From the NCBI GenBank assembly GCA_029775855.1, contig JARVJZ010000002.1, positions 160,001 through 224,000 of the forward strand: 64,000 nucleotides of DNA, given 5' to 3'. The first letter of the stretch is position 1; each line of letters starts with the position of its first letter. The translations under genes and the position numbers were made by a program. This DNA comes from Nitrososphaeria archaeon (GTDB lineage: Archaea > Thermoproteota > Nitrososphaeria > Nitrososphaerales > JAAOZN01). Below are positions 30,283 through 39,243 of this stretch, one piece after another. Below the pieces are notes generated by a model. The model ran no database searches. It saw nothing but the letters and a program-made list of their open reading frames with translations, and was not told where the DNA came from.

Positions 30283-31332
30283 TTATATCAACTTTTTTGT
30301 AGCAATATCTTTTATTACCTCTAAGGTTTGAATTATATCTTCTTTATCTATGCCTCTGTGTGTAACCATACGAATTAAGTTTCCTTTTACTGTAAGAGCC
30401 TTTATACCATATTTTGACAAGGCGGATATGAAGGCGCTTCCAGATACACCCAGATTTGAGACATCAAACATAACTATGTTGGTCTGAACTCTTCTAACAT
30501 CTATCTTTATCCCATCTATCTTCGCCAAGCCCTCAGCTAAAAGCCGTGCATTGATGTGGTCTTCCTTAAGCCTATCAACCATTTTTTCGAGAGCAACTAA
30601 ACCAGCTGCAGCTATAATGCCAGCTTGTCTCATGCCTCCGCCAAGCATCTTTCTCATCCTACGCGCCCTTTCTATAAACGAACTCGAGCCGACTACGACT
30701 GAACCTATAGGTGCACTAAGGCCTTTTGAAAGGCAGAACATAACCGAATCCGCTGGCGAAACAAGATGCTTAACATCCACATCAAGCGCTACTGCAGCAT
30801 TAAATATGCGCGCACCATCTATATGCACGGCAAGCCCGTGCTTCGCTGCAACCTCGCTGACCTTACGCGTCTGCAACGGAGTCATACAGATGCCGCCTGC
30901 TAAATTATGGGTATTTTCTAGACAGAGTAGTGTGGTTCTTGGAAAATGTGGGTTAGGTGGTCGAATGGCTTCTTCGACCGCTTCGGGTGCTAAAATACCC
31001 ATTTTACCTTTTATTGGTCTTGGTAGAACACCGGCGATTGCTGAGAGTCCTCCGAGTTCGTAGTGGTAGATGTGTGCATCTGCCTCTAAAATGACCTCGT
31101 CGCCTCGTTTGGTGTGGGATAGAATTGACACGAGGTTTCCTTGTGTGCCGCTGGTAACGAGGAGGGCTGCTTCTTTACCCATCTTCTTCGCAGCTACATC
31201 TTCTAACGCGTTAACTGTTGGATCTTCTCCGAAGACATCGTCTCCAAGTTTTGCGTTTTTTATTGCCTCAAGCATTTCTTCTGTAGGTAGGGTTACTGTG
31301 TCGCTTCTTAGATCAATTATCTTATTTACCAA
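30283..31332 (-). CDS. ltaE: Low-specificity L-threonine aldolase
   Basis: IDLRSDTVT, GDDVFGEDPT, SGTQGN, LENTHN, HIDGARIFNA, CLSKGL, GGGMRQAG. Confidence 0.95.
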   Translation of the reverse strand: MVNKIIDLRSDTVTLPTEEMLEAIKNAKLGDDVFGEDPTVNALEDVAAKKMGKEAALLVTSGTQGNLVSILSHTKRGDEVILEADAHIYHYELGGLSAIAGVLPRPIKGKMGILAPEAVEEAIRPPNPHFPRTTLLCLENTHNLAGGICMTPLQTRKVSEVAAKHGLAVHIDGARIFNAAVALDVDVKHLVSPADSVMFCLSKGLSAPIGSVVVGSSSFIERARRMRKMLGGGMRQAGIIAAAGLVALEKMVDRLKEDHINARLLAEGLAKIDGIKIDVRRVQTNIVMFDVSNLGVSGSAFISALSKYGIKALTVKGNLIRMVTHRGIDKEDIIQTLEVIKDIATKKLI

Positions 31333-31334
31333 AT

Positions 31335-32276
31335 TTAGTTTGCATCTCGATTGTTAACCGATCTTTGCGGTTTAAGCTTTTGTCTTATAACATAATTATC
31401 TAAAATTTCTTTGTATCTATGTCTGACCGTTACCTCGGTGATATCGGCTGCAAGTGCTACTTCACGCTGAGGGAGGTTTTCGCTGTTTATGACAGAAGCA
31501 ATATAGATGCAGGCTGCTGCTAAGCCGTTTGGGGACTTACCGTCGTGTATGCTTATACTTTTTGTTGCTTTGAATATTTGTAGGGCGAGTCTCTCAGTCT
31601 TTGGGCTTAGCTTCATAATATTTGCTAACCTAGCTATATGTTTTTCTACTGTAGGGAGAGGAAGATGATCCACCGAAGCTTCAGAAGCGATCATGCGGTA
31701 GTATTTGTTAAGCGCTTTCACCTCTATTCCCGCTGCTTCAGAGACCTCTTTGGCGCTTCTTTCAACCTCGTGGATCTTGGCTGAGAGGTAGACTATTGCT
31801 GCTGTTACTTTAGAGACGGATCTGCTTTTCACAATCCCTTTCTTTTGAAGCTGCCGATATATGCGTGAAGCGGTTTCGGCTACTACTGAGGGCATCTTCA
31901 GGCTGCTACATAGGTTGTTTATCGTTGATAGAGCGTAGGCTAAACTCCTTTCAGCCGGTGAGGATGTTCTTAGACGCTTCTGCCATATCCTAAGCGCGTC
32001 GTATTTATTACCTACAGATTCGGTTGAGTCTTGTGTGTAATCTATTTCACTGCCTATACCATAGTCATGGAGTGTTGGTGTAATGGGTGAGCCCACCCTT
32101 ACTCTCTTCTCCTTATCTTCGATATCGAAAGCCTTCCACTCCGGGCCTGGGTCGATGATGTGTTCGTCTAAAATATATCCACAGGCTTCGCAGAAGGCTT
32201 CGCCGCGCTCTGGGTCGCCTATTAACCTTCCACCACAAATTTTGCATATTAAAGATTCATCTATATCTTTATCCAC
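31335..32276 (-). CDS. tfb: Transcription initiation factor IIB (TFB)
   Basis: Zn ribbon CKICGG...CEACG, GPEWKAF, RVGSP, two cyclin repeats, GKSPNGLAAA, TEVTVR. Confidence 0.93.
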   Translation of the reverse strand: MDKDIDESLICKICGGRLIGDPERGEAFCEACGYILDEHIIDPGPEWKAFDIEDKEKRVRVGSPITPTLHDYGIGSEIDYTQDSTESVGNKYDALRIWQKRLRTSSPAERSLAYALSTINNLCSSLKMPSVVAETASRIYRQLQKKGIVKSRSVSKVTAAIVYLSAKIHEVERSAKEVSEAAGIEVKALNKYYRMIASEASVDHLPLPTVEKHIARLANIMKLSPKTERLALQIFKATKSISIHDGKSPNGLAAACIYIASVINSENLPQREVALAADITEVTVRHRYKEILDNYVIRQKLKPQRSVNNRDAN

Positions 32277-32517
32277 TTTTATCGCCCTCAGTAGAGGTGT
32301 ATACTTCTTTCCCTTCGAGCTTCTTAACTCTATCGCTTAATGGAATACAAGATAGGTATGGTGCTTTAACTTGCCCAAAGACTTCAGCAACCTTAGCGAC
32401 CTTTCTTCCGTTAGCGTCGATAATTATAGCGCCTACCTTAATGTTTGAAGTGGTGGCTTTGACTATGAGTCTGCCGCTCTTTGCTAGGTGTAAAACTAGG
32501 CCTACTTTTTCAACCAA
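32269..32517 (-). CDS. gar1: H/ACA RNP component Gar1/Naf1
   Basis: VGLVLHLAKSGRLIV...EVFGQVKAPY; overlaps the tfb start. Confidence 0.88.
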   Translation of the reverse strand: MVEKVGLVLHLAKSGRLIVKATTSNIKVGAIIIDANGRKVAKVAEVFGQVKAPYLSCIPLSDRVKKLEGKEVYTSTEGDKSG

Positions 32518-32546
32518 AGTTCAAGCCTTGCCCGCAACATGTGATT

Positions 32547-33542
32547 CTACTTGTATTCGTAGAAGCCCCTCTTGGTCTTTCTACCGAGTCTACCGGCTGC
32601 AACCATCTTTCTAAGTATGTGGATGGGTTTGGGCATCGTGTTCCCACCTTGCATACTCTTGATGCTCTGATCCATATGGTAGAGCACATCTATGCCTATC
32701 AAATCTGCTAATTCAAATGGCCCCATAGGCATGCCAGCGCCGCTCTTCATAGCTAGGTCGATATCCTTCATATCTGCAACACCTTCTTCATAGAGAGCAA
32801 AGGCTTCATTGAGCATAGCCATAAGCACACGGTTCACTAGGAATCCTGGTATGTCTTTTACCACTATAGGTTGCATCGTTGCTCTATGGTTCTTAATGGA
32901 TTTGCAGAAGTTTATGACGGTGTCCACTGTAGTTTGACTTGTTTCTAACCCTGGAATTACTTCTATTAATGGCAGTAGAGTTGGCGGGTTAAAGAAGTGG
33001 ATACCTATTACTTTGTCCGGTCTTTTTGTTGCCGCTGCTATTTCACTTATCATTATAGTTGAGGTGTTGGATGCTAATATAGTGTGGCTTGGGGCAACTT
33101 CGTCGAGCTTCTTGAAGATCTCCTTCTTAACATCGATCTCTTCAACGACCGATTCTATGATTAAGTCTACATCGTTGAAGTCTTCTAGGTTGAGGGTGGG
33201 GTGTATGCGTTGATAGATCTGATTTATTGTTGACTCGTCGAGTTGCGGCTTTAGCTTATCTTTTATAATCGCTTTTTGTTCTTCTGTGAACTGGATTCCT
33301 AGTGTCTGCTCCGCTTTCTTGATCTCTCGCTCCGCTCTGGTTTTATTGTATTCAAGTAGATCGTTCAGCGTCTTCTTTATGTCTGATAAAGCCCTTTGTT
33401 TTGATTCTTCTGTTCTATGCCGAGTCTTAACCTCATAGCCGTTAAAAGCCATAACCTCTGCTATCTGAGCACCCATTACACCAGCGCCAACAACACCAAT
33501 CTTCTTAATATTTGAGGACAATCTACTCACCTTCTTAAGCAT
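32547..33542 (-). CDS. hbd: 3-hydroxyacyl(butyryl)-CoA dehydrogenase
   Basis: GAGVMGAQIA, IESVVE, ASNTST, GIHFFNP, PGFLVNR, PMGPFELAD, GRLGRKT; carries a helical insertion. Confidence 0.9.
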   Translation of the reverse strand: MLKKVSRLSSNIKKIGVVGAGVMGAQIAEVMAFNGYEVKTRHRTEESKQRALSDIKKTLNDLLEYNKTRAEREIKKAEQTLGIQFTEEQKAIIKDKLKPQLDESTINQIYQRIHPTLNLEDFNDVDLIIESVVEEIDVKKEIFKKLDEVAPSHTILASNTSTIMISEIAAATKRPDKVIGIHFFNPPTLLPLIEVIPGLETSQTTVDTVINFCKSIKNHRATMQPIVVKDIPGFLVNRVLMAMLNEAFALYEEGVADMKDIDLAMKSGAGMPMGPFELADLIGIDVLYHMDQSIKSMQGGNTMPKPIHILRKMVAAGRLGRKTKRGFYEYK

Positions 33543-33560
33543 CTAGCTAGTAAAAGATGT

Positions 33561-34862
33561 TTACGGTCTCTCTATTACCATAGCCATTCCTTGACCGCCA
33601 CCTATACACATAGTCACCAAACCTCGTCTAACACCTAGCTGCTTCATCTCATGAAGCAGTGTAACCACTTGCCTAGTTCCAGTAGCGCCGATCGGATGAC
33701 CCAAGGCTATGCCACTTCCACGTGGATTGGTCTTCTCAAGATCGAATCCAAGTTCTCTAATGCAAGCTATAGCTTGTGCGGCGAATGCTTCATTCAACTC
33801 CACTATATCAAGATCCTTAACTTCGAGTCCAGCTTTGGCTAAAGCCTTTCTCACAGCTGGTATCGGGCCTAAGCCCATGTATGCTGGATCTACTCCTCCT
33901 GAAGCGTAGGATTTGACGACGCCTAAGATCTTTTGGCCTAGCTCTTCAGCCTTCTCTCTGCTCATCAGCACAACGGCTGCTGCGGCGTCGTTTATTCCAG
34001 ATGAGTTGCCAGCTGTGACTGTGCCATCTTTCTTGAATACTGGGGGTAGTGCAGCCATCTTCTCTAAGCTTGTTTCCATGGGGCGTTCGTCTGTGTCGAA
34101 TATTATTGGTGGACCTTTTCTTTGAGGTATTTCTACTGGGACGATTTCTTCTTTAAACAACCCTTCTTTTATCGCTGCTCTAGCTCTTTGGTGGCTTAGA
34201 AAGCCGATCTTATCCTGCTCCTCTCTCGTTATGCCATATTTTGCAACTATATTTTCTGCCGTATACCCCATGTGGTATCCGTAGAAGATTTCCCATAAAC
34301 CGTCGTAGACCATAACATCTATGATCTGACCGTAAGCATTCACATCCATCCTATACCCCCATCTAGCCTTAGGGAGGGCGTAGGGTGCGTTGCTCATGCT
34401 TTCGAATCCCCCAGCTACCACTACTTCTGCTTCACCAGCTGCGATAGCTTGGGCTGCTAACGCGATGGACTTTAAGCCTGAACCGCAGACTTTATTCACG
34501 GTGAAAGCTGGTGTTTCTTTAGGTATTCCAGCGTAGATCATGGCTTGTCTAGCTGGATTCTGACCTTGGCACGCCTGTATTACATTCCCCATGATCACTT
34601 CATCTATTTGAATTGGTGTTGCGTCTTCGCTCCAGTTGTAATACTGTTTTTCAAGCTCTATTAACCCAACACCTTTAAAGACGCTTGGAGCTAAACCTTG
34701 AGTGCTTTCGCTTACTATAGGCTTAAGGTGAGCACGCTCTAAGGCGGTGTGTATAACTATAGCGCCGAGCTTGCTTAGGGGTACATCCTTTAAAGAACCG
34801 CCGAAGTTTCCTATAGCTGTCCTTGCAGCTCCGGTGATAACTACTTCAGTCAAACTATTCAC
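33561..34862 (-). CDS. Acetyl-CoA acetyltransferase (thiolase)
   Basis: NKVCGSG, TAGNSSGINDAA, NEAFAAQ, GHPIGATG, CIGGGQG. Confidence 0.95.
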   Translation of the reverse strand: MNSLTEVVITGAARTAIGNFGGSLKDVPLSKLGAIVIHTALERAHLKPIVSESTQGLAPSVFKGVGLIELEKQYYNWSEDATPIQIDEVIMGNVIQACQGQNPARQAMIYAGIPKETPAFTVNKVCGSGLKSIALAAQAIAAGEAEVVVAGGFESMSNAPYALPKARWGYRMDVNAYGQIIDVMVYDGLWEIFYGYHMGYTAENIVAKYGITREEQDKIGFLSHQRARAAIKEGLFKEEIVPVEIPQRKGPPIIFDTDERPMETSLEKMAALPPVFKKDGTVTAGNSSGINDAAAAVVLMSREKAEELGQKILGVVKSYASGGVDPAYMGLGPIPAVRKALAKAGLEVKDLDIVELNEAFAAQAIACIRELGFDLEKTNPRGSGIALGHPIGATGTRQVVTLLHEMKQLGVRRGLVTMCIGGGQGMAMVIERP

Positions 34863-34958
34863 CTAAGCTGGCTTTGATAGTTGTTGTATAAAAGCCAAAC
34901 GGATGAACCTCTAAGCTTGGGGCAATCCTTAAATCTTTTGAACCATTATCAGGCATAG

Positions 34959-36554
34959 TTGTTTGATATAATTATAAAGAATGGAATTATAGTGGATGGC
35001 TCTGGTAATCCTTGGTTTAAATCCGATTTAGCGTTAAAGGGCGGGCGGATAGCATCTATAAGCAGAGCCTTCACAGAAAAGGCGGATAAGGTAATAGATG
35101 CGGATGGGCTTATAGTGGCGCCAGGCTTCATAGATATTCATTCGCATTCAGATTCTTGCTTGATATTTGACGGAAGCGCTCAGAGCAAGGTTAGGCAAGG
35201 TGTCACTACAGAAGTTGTTGGGAATTGCGGTATGTCAGCAGCGCCGCTTTCAAAAGAGCAGAAAGATGAAATTAAAAGACAACCTTCTTTCCTCTTACCT
35301 CCTGGCTTGACCATTGATTTCTCTTGGAGCAGTATATCTGAATATTTGGAGACCTTGGAGAAGAAGGGTATAAGTGTGAATGTAGCAATACTCGCAGGAC
35401 ACAGCAACCTTAGAATCTGGTGCATGGGGTATAGTGATGATAAACCAACTAGAAGCCAGATGCAAGAAATGAAAGATCTGCTGGAGCAGTCGATAAAAGA
35501 AGGAGCCTTCGGCTTCTCAACAGGGTTAGTCTACCCTCCGAGCGGATACGCCTCTACAGATGAATTAGTTGAGTTGGCTAAGAGTGCCGCTAAATGTGGA
35601 GGCATACATACTTCACATATTAGAAACGAGGGTGCAGCTGTGCTAGATGCTGTAAAAGAGATCATAGAGATCTCTAGGGCAAGCGGGGTGGCTGCAGAGA
35701 TTTCACACATAAAGTCTCAGCCGCCAGAATTCTGGGGTCATGTTGCTGGTATACTTGGGTTAATAGAAGGAGCGAGAAGGTCTGGTCTTGATATAACTTG
35801 TGATGTATACCCGTATACAGCTGGAAGCACCTACCTCAGCGCAGTCGTTGTACCCCTTTGGGCTATGGAAGGTGGGGTTAAAATGTTGGTTGAGAGACTT
35901 AAAGACAGCACGCTTAAAGATAAGATAAAGGAGGACTCTCTTAGAAGACGCTACTACCGAAAAGAAGACTGTGACAGAATATACATATCAGCATCGACCG
36001 TGTTTAAAGAATATGAAGGCAGAAGCATAGGCGAATTGGCCAGAGTCGCTGGCGAAGACCCAATGGATTTTATGCTGAACCTCTTAGAAGAAGACCCTAC
36101 AATCCATGTTGTTTTAGACTTCATGGATGAAAACGAAGTTAAATACGCTATTAAGCATCCTTTAACGATGGTGGGCTCAGACGGCTACGCTCTAAACGCA
36201 GAAGGACCTTTAAGCGTCGGTAAGCCCCATCCAAGAAACTATGGCACATTCCCAAGGGTGCTGCGGAAATATGTTAGGGAGGAGGCGTTGATAAGGCTAG
36301 AAGAGGGCATAAGGAAGATGACCTCATACCCGGCGCAAAGGCTTGGGTTGCGGGATAGAGGTAAGATAGCGGTGGGCTTCTGGGCTGACTTGACAATATT
36401 CAACTTTGCGCGAGTCGAAGATAAAGCCACATACGCAAACCCGCATCAATACCCTAAAGGTATAGAGTATGTGTTGGTTAATGGTGTGCCTGTAATAGAA
36501 GAGGGTGAGCATACTGGCGCTAGAGCTGGAAAAGCGCTTAGACATAACCCCTAA
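34959..36554 (+). CDS. N-acyl-D-amino-acid deacylase (D-aminoacylase)
   Basis: APGFIDIHSHSD, GVTTEVVGNCG, STGLVYPP, SHIRNE, GSDG, PHPRNYGTFPRVL. Confidence 0.92.
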   Translation: MFDIIIKNGIIVDGSGNPWFKSDLALKGGRIASISRAFTEKADKVIDADGLIVAPGFIDIHSHSDSCLIFDGSAQSKVRQGVTTEVVGNCGMSAAPLSKEQKDEIKRQPSFLLPPGLTIDFSWSSISEYLETLEKKGISVNVAILAGHSNLRIWCMGYSDDKPTRSQMQEMKDLLEQSIKEGAFGFSTGLVYPPSGYASTDELVELAKSAAKCGGIHTSHIRNEGAAVLDAVKEIIEISRASGVAAEISHIKSQPPEFWGHVAGILGLIEGARRSGLDITCDVYPYTAGSTYLSAVVVPLWAMEGGVKMLVERLKDSTLKDKIKEDSLRRRYYRKEDCDRIYISASTVFKEYEGRSIGELARVAGEDPMDFMLNLLEEDPTIHVVLDFMDENEVKYAIKHPLTMVGSDGYALNAEGPLSVGKPHPRNYGTFPRVLRKYVREEALIRLEEGIRKMTSYPAQRLGLRDRGKIAVGFWADLTIFNFARVEDKATYANPHQYPKGIEYVLVNGVPVIEEGEHTGARAGKALRHNP

Positions 36555-36581
36555 AAAATAAAAGATGAAGGGCGAAAGCCC
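36553..36581 (-). terminator. Hairpin plus T-tract terminator at the 3' end of the capsid operon
   Basis: GGGCGAAAGCCC at 36570-36581. On the minus strand it reads GGGCTTTCGCCC followed by TTCATCTTTTATTTTTT. Confidence 0.6.
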
Positions 36582-36594
36582 GTAAATCTATCAT

Positions 36595-36792
36595 CTATCT
36601 AAGACCTTTCTCTCTGCTCCAAAGAACCCATTGCTTTAAGGCTTCGTTCACGATTTGGCTGAACGAGGGTATCCTCTCACCTTTCTCATTAGCTTCTTTA
36701 ACCCTGCTACGCCAAATTTCTTCAAGAATCTCCGCAACATCGCTGTCAACACTAAATGGACCGATTTTACTCTTAGTGGGGGGCGTGTCCAC
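36595..36792 (-). CDS. Small ribbon-helix-helix-like DNA-binding protein (last gene of the capsid operon)
   Basis: Beta strand IGPFSVD, helix SDVAEILEEIW, helix SFSQIVNEALKQW; SD-like GGGGTG upstream. Confidence 0.6.
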   Translation of the reverse strand: MDTPPTKSKIGPFSVDSDVAEILEEIWRSRVKEANEKGERIPSFSQIVNEALKQWVLWSREKGLR

Positions 36793-36804
36793 ACACCCCT
36801 TCGG

Positions 36805-37761
36805 TTAGGCTGAGGTTATCTTTCCGATGGCAAGTGGGTCTATGGTAGCGTAGTTCCATCTCGCAGTCGCCGGCACATGCACAAGATCATTTATAGGGTC
36901 ATCAACTTCTTCAATGGTGTAGTCCCTACGCACAAAGAGAGCTCCAGCAAACCTTGTGGAGACCATAAGCGCTGTTCCTTGGGGAACAAGAGACGAGACT
37001 ATGATCTTTAATCCTGGTAGGTAGGCTATTGGGTTGCCTGGTTTAAATTCTTGGGCTGAGAATGCGATAAGGTTCTGTATTGCTGTATCTTTTAGAAGAT
37101 CGCTGTATTCGGAAGGGTTGACTGCTAGTACATCTGGTTCTCTGTCGTTCGCAGCCATTGTGCTCCACATAGATGCTATATCGTTGAATTTGAGTTGTCC
37201 GCTTGTCTGAGCATTGGCTTGGTTTTCGGCATCTTCAATAAGTTTTGTTATTATGTATTTGCTTTCGAATTTTGCTAGGGCTCTACCTAGTTCAGCCAGT
37301 TGTCTGTCTACTACATCCCACTCTGCGTCTTCTACCATATCTCTGCTTATAACAGCTCGACCTCCACTCTTCCTAGCGGTTATGGTGACAAAGCTGTATT
37401 GCTCTTCGGTTATAGGCAGCTCACCAGATTCTGCGACCCAATCTACTGAAGCAGCTGCTGCTTTGGGTATCTTTATGCTAGGAGCATCTTTAGTCAAAAC
37501 TACGCATAGCTGCCTTCCTATTAAGTTTGGTATAGCTGCATCCCAGACTTGCGCAAGCACGCTTGCTACTATTGCTGTGTCGCTTGAAAGGACGGTTTCG
37601 CTAAGTTTTAGCACACCTATCCTCTCTTTTAGGTCTCTTAACATTTCGGTGCATAGCCTTCCTCCTCTTACTATCGGTTTGTCTGCGCCTAAGGTTTCAT
37701 TCAATCTATGTAAGGCTGGTGATTCTATGTCTTTACCCTTCAACCAAGAAACCTTCTCCAA
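36805..37761 (-). CDS. HK97-fold major capsid protein
   Basis: IKIPKAAAASVDWVAESGELP...VTITARKSGGRAVISRDMVED..WDVVDRQLAELGRALAKFES matches the HK97 E-loop/backbone helix pattern; A-domain PDVLAVNP, LPGLKIIVSSLVP; C-terminal DPLAIGKIT. Confidence 0.88.
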   Translation of the reverse strand: MEKVSWLKGKDIESPALHRLNETLGADKPIVRGGRLCTEMLRDLKERIGVLKLSETVLSSDTAIVASVLAQVWDAAIPNLIGRQLCVVLTKDAPSIKIPKAAAASVDWVAESGELPITEEQYSFVTITARKSGGRAVISRDMVEDAEWDVVDRQLAELGRALAKFESKYIITKLIEDAENQANAQTSGQLKFNDIASMWSTMAANDREPDVLAVNPSEYSDLLKDTAIQNLIAFSAQEFKPGNPIAYLPGLKIIVSSLVPQGTALMVSTRFAGALFVRRDYTIEEVDDPINDLVHVPATARWNYATIDPLAIGKITSA

Positions 37762-37767
37762 CCACCT

Positions 37768-38211
37768 TCACCTCAGCAAGATGAGTATCTTGTCGCCTTC
37801 TTCTGCTGATTGTAAGGCTATGCCAGCGCGCTTAGCGTAGTAGATAGTGTATGTTGCTGTGCCTCCTTCATTTACTGCTTGATCCCCTAACGCTACTGCT
37901 TTCCCGTTGTTGTCAGAGCAGACTGCTTGCCCAGCAACTATTGTGCCTCCAGCTTCAACCTTCACGATACCAGCTATAGCCACTGGCACCATGCTTCCTT
38001 CTTCTGCATCGCTAAGAGCGACACCTATCACACCGTAGTCTACTGCTGTGGCTTGTCTTACTAGCGGTGGAGGGCCGTCTGCTGCTAGTTTAACAAAGAG
38101 GTTCTTTGATATAGGTGCTGCTGCTTTGAATATTGACGCAACGGCAGAGCCGCCGAAGTCGTGAACGATTCCGCTGCTGCCAAGCCATTTGTCTACCAAC
38201 CATAAGTTCAC
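37768..38211 (-). CDS. Capsid decoration/cement protein (DUF2190-like)
   Basis: VIGVALSDAEEGSMVPVAIAGIVKVEAGGTIVAGQAVCSDNNGKAV...GIALQSAEEGDKILILL; position upstream of the MCP. Confidence 0.8.
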   Translation of the reverse strand: MNLWLVDKWLGSSGIVHDFGGSAVASIFKAAAPISKNLFVKLAADGPPPLVRQATAVDYGVIGVALSDAEEGSMVPVAIAGIVKVEAGGTIVAGQAVCSDNNGKAVALGDQAVNEGGTATYTIYYAKRAGIALQSAEEGDKILILLR

Positions 38212-38241
38212 CTCGCAAACCTTCCCTCCTTACATACTTCA

Positions 38242-39243
38242 TCAGTCTCCGAGGAGGGTGCGGAGACTTGGTATGCCGGAGATTTGTTTGCTCTGTGCCT
38301 CCCTGGGTGAGGCTACTATGCCTTTCCCTTGATGCGCATTTGACTCATTACCTTCACTTAGTTTGCGTTCAAGTTTCTCTACACGCTTTAGAATGTCTTT
38401 AAGCTGCTGCTCCCAGCTTTCAGCCTCTTTTGCTTCTTGCAATCCAGCTACTCCGGTTTTGCTGGATTGTTTATTTTTCGTCTTAATTTCTTCTTGCTTT
38501 ATCACCTCTTTGCTGCTTAACCCCCCAAGGTCTAGTCGGCCTTGGGTCTGGGTTGGCACACTTTCGTTTAGTCTTTCGAGTATTGCTACTGAAGTGTTTG
38601 GGTCTCCTGGTTGAGCGTCTTTTGTTAGTAGTAGTATTCCTTCGAAGATTAAGCCTCTTGGTTTTAGTAGGTTGTCTTGGTTTTCGGTATATAGGTAGCT
38701 TGCTTCTATGCTTGCGTGTTGGATTTCTCCTTTTTTGACTAGATTGTAGGTTTCTTCGTTTACTGAGGCTATGCATTCTACTCTTTCATCTTCGTATTCC
38801 GCCCATTCAACTGAGCCTACATGAATCTTGGATGCAGTGTCGTGCGATGAGCCATACCAAACGGGTTTACCTATCAGAGTTCTTGCAGCCTTGATAAGCT
38901 CCTCTTCCAAGTAGAAGTTTTTGTTGAGGGTTGTGCCGGCGTTTAGGGCGACTATCTTTATGTAGCTTTGATTGTCTATGTGCTCTAAGGATTGAAGCCA
39001 GCTGAATGATTCCTTGAGGAAACCTCTTAGGCTGCGTTTATGCCGCTCTTTGACCCATGCTTCCGCTTCACTGATGAGCCAGCCTTTACTTAAATCAAAT
39101 AAGTATGATGATAATTTTAGCTTGCCTGAGCTTCCATCTATATATGCTAGTGCTTTGACACCTAGTTTACTGTCTACATCAAGAATCTTGTTGGCTGCAG
39201 TAGATCTAGCATCGACATCAACCCTAAGATAACCTTCGCTCAT
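38242..39243 (-). CDS. Prohead maturation protease with C-terminal scaffold-like coiled region
   Basis: ALNAGTTLNKNFYLEEEL..AARTLIGKPV...HD...VGSV...HASIEA...FEGILLL...PGDPNT matches the assemblin-type prohead protease pattern (His in SSHD, Ser in ASIE); low-complexity/coiled C-terminus. Confidence 0.75.
   Translation of the reverse strand: MSEGYLRVDVDARSTAANKILDVDSKLGVKALAYIDGSSGKLKLSSYLFDLSKGWLISEAEAWVKERHKRSLRGFLKESFSWLQSLEHIDNQSYIKIVALNAGTTLNKNFYLEEELIKAARTLIGKPVWYGSSHDTASKIHVGSVEWAEYEDERVECIASVNEETYNLVKKGEIQHASIEASYLYTENQDNLLKPRGLIFEGILLLTKDAQPGDPNTSVAILERLNESVPTQTQGRLDLGGLSSKEVIKQEEIKTKNKQSSKTGVAGLQEAKEAESWEQQLKDILKRVEKLERKLSEGNESNAHQGKGIVASPREAQSKQISGIPSLRTLLGD

Noticed and set aside
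36805-37761. Encapsulin shell protein
   Set aside because: The adjacent portal, prohead protease and decoration genes indicate a viral-type head module rather than a classical encapsulin operon.
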